A stretch of DNA of 64,000 bases from Nitrospinales bacterium (GTDB lineage Bacteria; Nitrospinota; Nitrospinia; Nitrospinales; VA-1): assembly GCA_965223795.1 (NCBI GenBank), contig CBDCXL010000002.1, forward strand, positions 2,464,001 through 2,528,000. Direction: 5' to 3'. A program made the translations under genes and the position numbers. Shown in pieces: positions 10,647 to 20,083 of this stretch. Below the pieces are notes generated by a model. That model did not search any database, was not told the DNA's origin, and saw only the letters and a list, made by a program, of their open reading frames with translations. Positions within the stretch are counted from its first letter, which is position 1. The number at the start of each line of letters is the position of its first letter.

Positions 10647-10789
10647 CTCCTCCTGCGCGGAGGGCGAATTTGCTCACGCCGTGCGGCGTTTTCCGGCCTG
10701 AGCCACAGATTTTCCGCCGCATTGTCTCCTGCGCGGAGGGTGGGTTTGCTCACGCCGCTCCTCGCCGGAGTGGCGGTTTGCTCACGCCG
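10647..10789. repeat. Cluster of three REP-like elements (10647-10681, 10726-10757, 10758-10789)
   Basis: Repeated GGAG + GG(C/T)G..TTTGCTCACGCC imperfect palindrome. Confidence 0.75.
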
Positions 10790-10964
10790 GGCGGTGTTTT
10801 CTGATTGGCTCAAAATATTTTTGCCGCTTCGGCTTCTGCGTGGAGAGCCGGTCCTCCCGACACCGAAATTTAAATAAATTAATTGTAATTTTCTGATTGT
10901 ATCGCATCGTTGCGGCGGGACAAGGGGTGCGCGTAAAAATTTTTTGTGAGCTTGGTCGGGTTTC

Positions 10965-11897
10965 ATGAAAACGCAAATAAAATCGGCGTATCTTGCAAGC
11001 GAGGGGTTTGAGGCGGCGCTGGTCCAGGAGCTTTCCGGCGGGGTGACGGTGCACGGGCGGCTGGTGCTCTCGGACCGCGCGGCGCAGCCGGTCTGCTGGG
11101 CGCAGAATGTGTGGCTGAATCCGGAAACGATCGCCATCGACTCGATCTCCGACGCGGCGAAAAAGCTGAAGGCGCGGCAGCGCAACTGGTGCCTGTATTC
11201 GTATCAACTGCACCGGCGCGCGGCGCTGATCGAAGAAAAACTGCCGCACGTTTCGGGAAAGGCGCTGCATTTTCCCGCGCCGCTGCCCGCCTCGCCGCTC
11301 GGGTCCTGGACGCTGCTGGACGCGGACACGCTGCTGGCGGCGGGCGAGTGCTCCAGCCTGTTTCCCAACGGCGCGCTGCGTTTTGCCGAGGACAAGGATG
11401 GGCCGCCCAATCGGGCGTATCTAAAACTGTGGGAAGCGTGGACGCTGCTTCAGCGCCATCCGGAGCCGGGCGCTTTCTGCATCGACGCGGGCGCGAGCCC
11501 CGGCGGCTGGACCTGGGCCGCGGCGAAGCTGGGCGCGAACGTGCTGAGCGTGGACCGCGCGCCGCTGGATGCATCGCTATCCGGTCTCGACAACGTGACG
11601 TTTCGCAAGGGGGACGCGTTTGCGCTCAAGCCTGAGGATTTTTCCGGCCGGAACGTGGACTGGCTGTTGTGCGATGTGGTGTGCTACCCGGACAAGCTGT
11701 GGCAGTGGCTTGAGGCCTGGATCGCATCGGGGCTGTGCCGCAGCGTCGTGTGCACGATCAAGTTTCAGGGCGAAGGCGAATACGGGATCGTTGAGCGGTT
11801 TCAAAGTGTGCCGGGCAGCCGGGTGGTGCATCTTTTTCACAACCGGCACGAACTGACGTTTCTGCTGCAGGAAGAGGGAATCACCCGTCCAGGGTGA
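10965..11897 (+). CDS. FtsJ/RlmM-like RNA 2'-O-methyltransferase
   Basis: PPNRAYLKLWEA, IDAGASPGGWT, WLLCDV, HLFHNRHELT. Confidence 0.8.
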   Translation: MKTQIKSAYLASEGFEAALVQELSGGVTVHGRLVLSDRAAQPVCWAQNVWLNPETIAIDSISDAAKKLKARQRNWCLYSYQLHRRAALIEEKLPHVSGKALHFPAPLPASPLGSWTLLDADTLLAAGECSSLFPNGALRFAEDKDGPPNRAYLKLWEAWTLLQRHPEPGAFCIDAGASPGGWTWAAAKLGANVLSVDRAPLDASLSGLDNVTFRKGDAFALKPEDFSGRNVDWLLCDVVCYPDKLWQWLEAWIASGLCRSVVCTIKFQGEGEYGIVERFQSVPGSRVVHLFHNRHELTFLLQEEGITRPG

Positions 11898-13155
11898 GGT
11901 CGGTCTTGGGCACGGAGATGCAGGTCAGGCAGGAGCGCGCTTCCGGCTTGCTGCCCGGTTCGACGACGTAGCTCACCAGGCCGCGCTTGATCGCGGTGAG
12001 GCAGGTGCCGCAGTTGCCGGCGCGGCAGCCGGACTCGAGCTGGATGCCGTTCTCCTCGGCGAAGGCGAGGATGGAGCCGGCGGCGGGGTTCCACTGCAGG
12101 GTTTTCTGGGAGCGGGCGAAGGTGACCTTGAGCGACGATTCGGTCGCGGGGTCGCCAGCTGTCAGTTTCTTGATGGTGACGGAGTTGAACGCTTCGTAGT
12201 GAATGTTTTTCTCGGACACCCCCCACTGCTCCAGATCCTGGCGCAGGGTCTCGATCATTTTCGGCGGCGCGCAGATGTAAAAGTCGAAATTGTTCGAGGG
12301 CAGCACCTCTTTCAACAGGCTGCCGGAAATATGGCCTTCGTGATGGTAATCCTTCCCTTTCGCATCCTCGGCGCGCGGCCGGCTGTAACAGACGTTCAAT
12401 TTTACATTGGGGTGGTTGCGGGCCACGTTTTCCAGGTGCTCTTTCATCATGTGCTCGGAACGGTTGCGCACTCCGAGAAAAAACCAGGTCTCTCTTTTGG
12501 ACACGGCGCCGCGGGCGTCTTTTTCCGTGATGGTGTTGAGCATGCTGAGCACCGGCGTGATGCCGACGCCGCCGCCGATGAGCACCACGGGACTGGTGCT
12601 GGCCATGTCGAGGTAGAAATGACCGCTGGGTGCCTTGACGTCGACGATGTCGCGTTCGTTGAGCATGTCGTGAAAGAAATTGGAGCCGAGCCCCGGCGGC
12701 GCGCTGTTGTTTTCGGGCGGCAGCAGGCGCTTGATGGTGACGCGGTAGTAATCCGGGTGGTTGGGGCTGTCCGACAGGGAATAGCAGCGGATCACCGGCT
12801 TCGGGTTGCCGGGAATGTTGAGTTTGAAGGTCAGGTACTGGCCGGGCTGAAACGGCGGCAGCGGTTTGCCGTCGTGCGGCGACAGGTAGAACGAGGAAAC
12901 CTGATCGGTTTCCTTGACCTTGAGCACGATCTGGAATTTGCGGAATCCGTTCCAGATCACGTTTTCGCTGCGCGAGTCCATGCGGATCCTGTCGACGATC
13001 TGGTCCACACGGGCGCGCAGCAGATCCGCTTCCAGTTCGCTGCTCCGCCGGGAAATTTTAAAGAAACGGAAATTGTTGCTGATCAGCTGGATGAGGTAGG
13101 CCATGAGGGCCAGAAGAAACGCGATAGCCGCAAGACTGATTGCAGCGTTGAGCAA
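11881..13155 (-). CDS. Membrane-anchored FNR-type FAD/NAD(P)H oxidoreductase with C-terminal [2Fe-2S] ferredoxin
   Basis: N-terminal TM helix; RCYSLS (FAD), GGGVGITP (NAD), GCRAGNCGTC...CLTC; TTG start after GGAGG. Confidence 0.9.
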   Translation of the reverse strand: MLNAAISLAAIAFLLALMAYLIQLISNNFRFFKISRRSSELEADLLRARVDQIVDRIRMDSRSENVIWNGFRKFQIVLKVKETDQVSSFYLSPHDGKPLPPFQPGQYLTFKLNIPGNPKPVIRCYSLSDSPNHPDYYRVTIKRLLPPENNSAPPGLGSNFFHDMLNERDIVDVKAPSGHFYLDMASTSPVVLIGGGVGITPVLSMLNTITEKDARGAVSKRETWFFLGVRNRSEHMMKEHLENVARNHPNVKLNVCYSRPRAEDAKGKDYHHEGHISGSLLKEVLPSNNFDFYICAPPKMIETLRQDLEQWGVSEKNIHYEAFNSVTIKKLTAGDPATESSLKVTFARSQKTLQWNPAAGSILAFAEENGIQLESGCRAGNCGTCLTAIKRGLVSYVVEPGSKPEARSCLTCISVPKTDLTLDG

Positions 13156-13234
13156 GGAGCCTCCTTAGAGAGTGTCGGACGCAATGTCACTATATTATAA
13201 ACAAGGGCGTCGGAGATTCAGAACGAAAAAGTGA

Positions 13235-15123
13235 CTACGGGTCGTTGCGGGCCAGCAGCATTTCTTTTTTGAAGCCCGGTTTGTGGTGGTAAACGTGACA
13301 CAGCTGACAGTCTTCTCTCACTTTTCCTTCCGAATGACATTCGAGGCAGGTTTTGCGTGTGATGGCGGAGAAGTTGCTTTTGAACACGGCCGGGTCGAAC
13401 GAATCGAACGCGCCGAGGAAATCGGCCTTGGGATCGAGGACGTGGCAGTTCTTGCAGGTGTCGCCTTTGCCGAGCAGGTCGAGGTGGTTTTTATGGGAAT
13501 ATTTCAGGTAGGCGCGGTTGCGCGCGCCCTTGTAGCCCCAGTCGATGGTGAGCTGGCCGGGGTTTTCCGCGTCCGGTATGGCGGAAACCGCATGGCACTT
13601 GATGCAGCCGCCCACGCCTTCCTTTGAAGAGAGCATCAGGTCGCGCATCGCCTCGGCGCGTTCGCGCTTGTCGGGATCGGTCTCGGTGGCGGCGACGGTG
13701 AGCGCGAACTCGATCCAGCTTTGCGCCACCGGGTCCTCATGGCCGGAGGGGGTGTAGCGCACTTCCAGAAGGTCCGCGTGCCAGCCGCCGAAACTGGCTT
13801 CCGCGGGGGATCGTATTCGACGTTGAGCCCCCAGGCGCAGGCCGCGCGTTTGAGTACTTCCGGGTTCAATCCCGCGAGCATTTTCTCGGCCACGGGTACG
13901 GGAGAATGCTCGTTGATCAGATCCGCGATCGGCATCGTGCTTTCGACGGCGAGGTTGAGGATGAGGTCCTGCAGGCTTTCGCTGTAGCTTTCCGGATCGT
14001 CCTCGGGCACGTTCAAAAGATAGGCGCTGATCAGGCTCGGCGATTCGGTGGAGATGCTGACGAATTCATCATCCTCTTCCTCAATCTTTTCGCCCCGGGT
14101 CCGCGGTAACCGGCAGGCTTCCTTCAGCTCTTCAACATCGATGCGGTTTCTGTCCAGTTCGGGCAGGCGCATGAGGACCAGCTCCTTGCGCGGAATCTGA
14201 AATTCGTGGCAGGAGGCGCAGACCCCTTCGAATTTGTCCGGGCTGACGATCTGCTCTTCCTGGGTCACTTTGTGGCAGACCATGCAGTCCTTGGGCGAGC
14301 GGTCTTCGAATTTGGGATCGACAAAGTATTTATTCCAGTGCGAGATGTGGTCGAACTTGATCGTGTTCTTGCGGGTGTGCGGGTAGTTCTCCGGAAATTC
14401 CGGGTGCCCTTCGGTGAAGCTTTTGAACTGCTCTTCGTGACAGTGGTTGCACTGGGTGTTGTTGAAGGTGCGGATGGCCAGCCCGGGGCCGCGGTGCTCG
14501 CGGTGGCACATCAGGCAGTCGGTTTTCTGCAGCCGGGGAAACTGTCCGCGGTCGCCGTTGTGGGCGACGAGGGCCGGGCCGCCGAACAGGTGGCAGTCTT
14601 CGCATTTGGCGGAGATGTTGCCGGTGTGCAGCACCGATTTCAGCCACAGCACGGACTTGAGATTGTGGGTGGCGTGGCAGATTTCGCAGCCTTTGTTCTC
14701 GGCGAATTTGACGTGCGCGCTCGACATCGGGCCGGGATTGAAGCTCACGTGCCGGTGCTGCGCCTGGTCCACCACCCAGGAAAGGCAGAGCAAGGACACG
14801 ATGGTGCCGAATGCGAGCAGGATCAGCCGGGCCCGGTAGACGCGCAGCGTGGCTTTGGGGACGCAGGGCGGGTGCCGCTGGGAGCACATCCCCTGGGGCA
14901 GCGGACCGTCGCCGCAGGGCCCGCCCGCCGCCTGGGGGCGGCTGCATTCCCAGTGGTTGCCTTTCAGCGTCGGCGCGCATTCGGCGGTGCCGCCGCAGGC
15001 GCCGTCGATGTCGGGGCCCTGATGGCAGGGTTTGAGCCAGAGCGCACCGCGGCCGCAGCGGTAGGGGAAATTCGGCCGTTCGTACTTGCTGCGGTTGTGC
15101 GCGAATTTTTTCTCATCCATCAT
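13235..15123 (-). CDS. Membrane-anchored decaheme cytochrome c with Cys-rich N-terminus; one frameshift near 13805-13809
   Basis: Six CxxCH in ORF 13636-15156 and four in ORF 13235-13762; one extra C in the C5 run joins them as EYDPPAEASFGGWHADLLEVRY; ATG overlaps upstream TGA. Confidence 0.85.
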
Positions 15124-15923
15124 AACAGGTAGACGTGCACCACGACCATGTGCCACAGGATCACGGTCATGAGGGCGGTGGCCAGCGGAATGTGGATCAT
15201 CAGCCAGCTTTTCAAAACCGTCTGCAGCGCGTAGTGCAGATCGATCTTGCGCTTAGTATCGGCCAGCGTGAACAGTTTTCTCAGGTAGCCGCGTTCCTGC
15301 ACGTTGAGAAATTTTTCCAGGGTGGAAAACTGCTGCCGCACCCAGAATTCGCCCTTGTGGCCGCCGAACAGGTAGCTGGTGAAAAACCGCGGCCGCTGGA
15401 AAAACCAGTGCAGCGATTCCAGGTAATGGGTCGCCAGGGTGTCGCGCCCGGTCTCGTGGGTGCAGGCGAGCAGTAGGTCCTTGGCCTTTTTACGCAGCTC
15501 GCTGATTTCCGCCGGGATGCGTTCGTAGATGCACTCGAAGCCGCTCTGGGTCAGGCGGCTCGGGTAGATTTTCTGGATCAGGGTGCCGACGATGCCGGAG
15601 AGGGCGGAGGCGTAGAACAAGAACGCCAGGATCTGTTCGTACAATCCGTCGGGCCACAGCGTGCCGATGTGCAGCCAGAAAATGCCGATCGCCAGGAAGC
15701 CGCCCACGGTGTGGATGTTCAGCCAGTTCGAGGACGGCGAGAGCGGTAAAAACGGCAGCCGCTTGCGCAGATGAAACAGGGCCAGCACGATCAGGATGGA
15801 GAACAGGGTCCAGCCGGTGAGCGGCGAGGTGAACTCAAGCTGCTCATCCGCCTGGCTGGTGCGGTAGGTCATGAACACCAGAAATACGCTTGCGAAGATC
15901 CACAGGGCCCAGGATTTCACCAT
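15120..15923 (-). CDS. Polytopic membrane protein with His in or next to TM helices (cytochrome b-like)
   Basis: Several hydrophobic helices; WLNIHTVGG, WLHIG, WLMIHIPL, LWHMVVVH; start MVKSW 8 nt after upstream stop. Confidence 0.75.
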   Translation of the reverse strand: MVKSWALWIFASVFLVFMTYRTSQADEQLEFTSPLTGWTLFSILIVLALFHLRKRLPFLPLSPSSNWLNIHTVGGFLAIGIFWLHIGTLWPDGLYEQILAFLFYASALSGIVGTLIQKIYPSRLTQSGFECIYERIPAEISELRKKAKDLLLACTHETGRDTLATHYLESLHWFFQRPRFFTSYLFGGHKGEFWVRQQFSTLEKFLNVQERGYLRKLFTLADTKRKIDLHYALQTVLKSWLMIHIPLATALMTVILWHMVVVHVYLL

Positions 15924-15931
15924 CGAATGTC

Positions 15932-17647
15932 CTATCGGTCTATGCTTCCCTCGGGCCGCACGTGACGGAAATCGACCCGCTGCAGAGCTTCGTGAGAGCA
16001 GGCCTGCACGCAGGCGGGACCGGACAGTTGGCCGACGCAAAGATCGCACTTGGTCGCCTTGAGGATCGGCTTGCGCGTTTCGGCGTCGAGGATGGGTTTG
16101 CCTTTCTTGTCATTGATCTCCACCATGCGAATGTTCGAGTAGGGGCAGGAATTGGCGCAGGTCTCGCATCCGATGCAGGTGTCGTCGTTGATCACCACCG
16201 TCCCTTCGGAAAGGGTGCGGTGGATGGCTCCGGTGGGGCAGCCGATCAGGCAAACGGGATCGACACAATGCATGCAGGCGTTGGCCACCATCCAGCGGCC
16301 GAAGGTCTTGCCGTGCCGGATGAACCGGGGGTTGCCCTCATGCGCCGAGGCGCAGGCGTTGACGCAGTCGTCGCAGCGGACGCAGCGGTCCAGGTTGATC
16401 AGCATGGCCTGGGTGCCGTTGATGAACCGCTCCTGCACGGTCCATTCTACCAGAGCTTCGTCCGCCATGGTCTGTTTAAATAGATCGGTCATGCGCCTGT
16501 GGTTGCCGGTGGGCCTGTCGCTTGCGTGGCGGGTTCCGTGATGGATGGTCTCCCAATAGGGAAAGACGTATTTTTCCAGGATCTTCGCCGGGATCTGCAA
16601 AACATCTACGTAACCTAAAGCCGAGATCGACACCTTGTAGGAGACATCCTTTTCCCCTTTCCAGGCGAGGTACAACTCATCGGCGCCGTAGAAATTGCCC
16701 ATCCCCAGGTAGGTGAGGGTGTGGTCGCCGTCTTCCCGCTTGACCGAAACGCGGGCGAACCCGGCCCTGACCAGCAACAGGTCGTCGGGGTAATCGCCCT
16801 GCTTGGCGATCAGCGGCTCGTGCTGGATCCCCGCTTTGCCCATGTTGCGCAGGTTCTTGTAGGAAACCGTCCAGTCGTAGGTGCCGTAGGATTGGAAGCC
16901 GGTGTTCTGCGCCACATCGCGGAGCGCTTCTTCATCGAGATGCTCGAACAGCGAGATCTTGCGCAGAAAGGAAATGAGCGCGTTCTGGCTGTAGCGCTTT
17001 TCGATCATGCGGCGCCAGTTCTCGTCGTGTTTGCGCAGCTCGCGCAGTCCCTGCCAGCGGATTTCCAGCAGCTCGGAGTAGGTTTCGGAGAAGATCGTCG
17101 CGGTGCGCGGAATGCGCCCGAGCGCCGCCAGCTCGCCGAACAGATCGCCGGTTTCCAGGATCGCGGTCTTGTTGGCGTCGAGCACCGCGGGAATGTCCTG
17201 TAAAAACACGTGGCTTTGCGTCACGTCGCCGTTGGTGTGGATCGCCTGCTGGGTGTAGCGGGACGGGTCGCGCACTTCCGGGATCTTGCGGTTGGTGAAC
17301 AGCTGCGACAGGGCTTCGAGCACGCTTTTGCGCGGCGTTTTCTTGCGGCCCAGAAGGTCGCTCGGCAGACCGGGAGACAGCACCACGCGCAGCCGGCCGT
17401 TGAGCGCGAGAAACGCGGAGTTGCCGTAGTCGCCCTCGCGGATCACGATGTCGCCGGGCTTGAATCGGACGATGCGGGTGTCGTTTTTGAGGATCCCCTC
17501 GAGCGGCGTGTCCGGCGGAAAGCGGTCCTTCTCGATCGCGGCGATCTCCGGAACCGCGAGCAGTTTCTGCACGTCGTATTCCGTCATTTCAGGACCGAAG
17601 GGGTTGTTCCACCGGTCCGGCTGTGAAATTTGCGTGACGACTTCCAC
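15932..17647 (-). CDS. Two cNMP-binding (Crp-like) domains fused to a DmsB/NrfC-type 4x[4Fe-4S] domain
   Basis: IREGD..FGELAAL..IPRTAT cNMP signature and a second degenerate domain; CVRCDDCVNAC, CMHCVDPVCLIGCP, CIGCETCANSCP, KCDLC..PACVQAC. Confidence 0.9.
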   Translation of the reverse strand: MEVVTQISQPDRWNNPFGPEMTEYDVQKLLAVPEIAAIEKDRFPPDTPLEGILKNDTRIVRFKPGDIVIREGDYGNSAFLALNGRLRVVLSPGLPSDLLGRKKTPRKSVLEALSQLFTNRKIPEVRDPSRYTQQAIHTNGDVTQSHVFLQDIPAVLDANKTAILETGDLFGELAALGRIPRTATIFSETYSELLEIRWQGLRELRKHDENWRRMIEKRYSQNALISFLRKISLFEHLDEEALRDVAQNTGFQSYGTYDWTVSYKNLRNMGKAGIQHEPLIAKQGDYPDDLLLVRAGFARVSVKREDGDHTLTYLGMGNFYGADELYLAWKGEKDVSYKVSISALGYVDVLQIPAKILEKYVFPYWETIHHGTRHASDRPTGNHRRMTDLFKQTMADEALVEWTVQERFINGTQAMLINLDRCVRCDDCVNACASAHEGNPRFIRHGKTFGRWMVANACMHCVDPVCLIGCPTGAIHRTLSEGTVVINDDTCIGCETCANSCPYSNIRMVEINDKKGKPILDAETRKPILKATKCDLCVGQLSGPACVQACSHEALQRVDFRHVRPEGSIDR

Positions 17648-17746
17648 GGTCGATGCCGCTCCTGTCAGTTTGGGTAACGATTCAATTTCTGCACCGTCTC
17701 AAGGCGCAGAACCACCCCACGCGCCTTGGCGCCTGTTTCGCTGCGG

Positions 17747-18730
17747 TTATTTGTAGTCGTCCTTTTTCGGCAGCAGCTTGCCCACCGCTTTGGACAAATC
17801 CTTGCCCTTGATGGCGGCCACCAGCTTGCGGGCGTTCTGATCGGTCGGTTTGGCGATCAGGGCCTGGGCCTCGGGTATGCCTTTCAGATGCGCCAGGGCG
17901 GCCTTGGCGTCCGCCACGCGCTTCTGCTGGGCCTGCACGTATTTTTCGTTGTCCGAGCGGGTCAGCACCGAGTTGGCCGACACCAGCTTGGCGGCCTGGC
18001 CGATGACGAAAAACTCGGCCAGCTCCTGGGGCGTCATCTCGGCGTTCACCTTCACGTTCGGCTCGTAGTAGCGGTGGCGCACCGTGCCCTGCGAGTACTT
18101 GACGATCTCGAAGTCCGGATTGATGGGATGATCGGCCTCCAGCATCTTCGCCAGAAGCTCGGGCTTGAGATCGGGATTGGCCAGCCCGTGGCAGAACATG
18201 CAGTTGGCGGCGACGTCGTATTTCATGGTCGGCCAGATGAGACCGGCTTCGGTGGATTTTTTGATGCGCATCGCCTTGTGCTCGGGCGTCTCCTGATCTT
18301 TCTCCACATCTTTGCCGCCGTAATTGTCGTGAATCTCCAGGTAATCGGAGGAGGGCCCGTGGCAGCTTTCGCAGGACGTCCCCGATTTGGCCTTGGGTTT
18401 GTCACCGGCATCCTTCTGCACCATGGTGTAATGGCACAGGGTGCAGGTTTCGTTCTTCTTCATGTTTTTCGACCCGCCCACCGCCTTGAGGATCTTTTTC
18501 GGGGAGGGTTTCTTTTTTTCCTTGTTGTCCTTGGGTTCCCGGTGCGCGTCGCGGAAGGATTCGAAGTGCCGGGTTCCCTTCCAGACTTTGTATTCGGCTT
18601 CATGACATTCCGTGCAGACCTTCACCCCTTTGAAAAAGGGTTTGGCCGAAGCCGAAGACGCAAACAGGCAAACCAGAACAGAAAATAGCGCGATGAAAGA
18701 AAGTCGTGATGGACTCTTGATTGATTTCAT
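17747..18730 (-). CDS. Periplasmic tetraheme cytochrome c (c554/c552-like)
   Basis: Signal peptide; CTECH, CTLCH, CESCH, CMFCH. Confidence 0.9.
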   Translation of the reverse strand: MKSIKSPSRLSFIALFSVLVCLFASSASAKPFFKGVKVCTECHEAEYKVWKGTRHFESFRDAHREPKDNKEKKKPSPKKILKAVGGSKNMKKNETCTLCHYTMVQKDAGDKPKAKSGTSCESCHGPSSDYLEIHDNYGGKDVEKDQETPEHKAMRIKKSTEAGLIWPTMKYDVAANCMFCHGLANPDLKPELLAKMLEADHPINPDFEIVKYSQGTVRHRYYEPNVKVNAEMTPQELAEFFVIGQAAKLVSANSVLTRSDNEKYVQAQQKRVADAKAALAHLKGIPEAQALIAKPTDQNARKLVAAIKGKDLSKAVGKLLPKKDDYK

Positions 18731-18947
18731 GATTTCAAGCGATTGAATTGAGCGTTTTTGCGAGTTTTGGGATCAGGATCGTCGTTTGCGGGCGGCCGCC
18801 GGGATTCCCCTATGTGCTGCCCAAATAGCGTTTTCGGTCATTCCGTACTCAAAGTTCCTAAAAAACCGCTGAAATGACAAGTGATTTTTCCAGAAATATA
18901 AGCAATTTCAGATTCGTATTTGTACTAATTTTGACCCCAGACACAAG

Positions 18948-18963
18948 AGCAGAAAAAGTGCCA
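18948..18963 (-). promoter_or_regulatory. Candidate sigma54 promoter TGGCACTTTTTCTGCT for the leftward cytochrome operon
   Basis: TGGCAC with GG-N10-GC spacing, about 220 nt upstream of 18730. Confidence 0.6.
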
Positions 18964-19280
18964 AAAAGTGGGATACCGGCGAAAAAATTTTATTCGTGGT
19001 AAATCAATCGTTTTTAAAAGCGAGTTAAAATAATTATAGAAAATTTGTTTAAAATCGAATAAATAAGTATCAAACGTTGTCAATGAATACAATGGATAAA
19101 TGCTCCCATCACAAAGGCGTAAAGCGATTCCAGCCGAGCCTTTGACCTTTTTAAAACCCGGAAAGTGAAACAAAACCGATGCCAGCATTCTGAGATCCGT
19201 CCTGTGTGTGGACGAGCATACGACGGTGTTGGCTGGGTCGACAGTCACTGTATGAAATTAAAGACAATCCGGAAATGAAT

Positions 19281-19296
19281 TGCTGAATTTGTGCCA
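19281..19296 (-). promoter_or_regulatory. Second candidate sigma54 motif TGGCACAAATTCAGCA
   Basis: GG-N10-GC spacing; weaker -12 element. Confidence 0.35.
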
Positions 19297-19952
19297 CGAA
19301 GGATGAAGTCCGCTTCGATTCCCTCGGTTTTCTTGCCGGCAGCAAAGAAAACACAGTTTGTTCTTTAAATTTCAATGGGTGACCCTATTCTAGCATCCTT
19401 TTTCCGTGAAACCTATCCCGCTGGTTGTGTTTTAGGTCACAGTCCGTTATTGCATTGATTCATTTCGATGCCAGCCGGGCTGCGTTCATAAATTTACATC
19501 TATGGTTAATTTATATGGGGGTTTGCAATATTGTGCGTTGATTCGGGGATGAAACTCTATATAAACCAATTATTTGATTTGTAGTTATCGAAAATTTGGG
19601 TAAATGAGTATAAATTCGTTATCATCGTTAAAAATGGGATAATTATCACAAAATTAACGGTGGGAATGGTTCCTGGATTGAGCTAGAATCAGAAAAGTTG
19701 ATAAATAAAAATAAATTGCTACCTTCAGTGTAATTTTTCATGGCCTTCAAGTTGATGAATTCTAACTTCAACCTGATGGCTGTGGGGGAAATCTATGTTT
19801 TTCGTTCGTGAAGTGTGCGGCTATCCGGACAGAAAAAATATTGCTAAGATTTTTAGATTTCTGGTTAAAAAAATATAAATATATTGAAGGTTTGGTTGCC
19901 AAGAATTGATGGAAAGGTTTGATAAGCCACGACTTTAAATTTCAATTGATTC

Positions 19953-19968
19953 TGGCCTGTGTTTTGCT
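19953..19968 (+). promoter_or_regulatory. Candidate sigma54 promoter TGGCCTGTGTTTTGCT for the pentaheme-porin pair
   Basis: GG-N10-GC with TTGCT, about 115 nt upstream of the ATG at 20084. Confidence 0.6.
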
Positions 19969-20083
19969 TTGTTTTCATTATGGATACCGGAAACAAGGTA
20001 ACGGCGGGGACGGGCGTTTCGCCGGTTTTGCCTTAAGGTCATAAAACAGAATCAAAGGGATGTTTTTTTGGGGAGAAAGAAAC

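Noticed and set aside
18925..19375. ORFs 18925-19248 and 19151-19375 in the divergent region
   Set aside because: AT-rich, no RBS, no recognisable motifs, and they overlap promoter-like motifs
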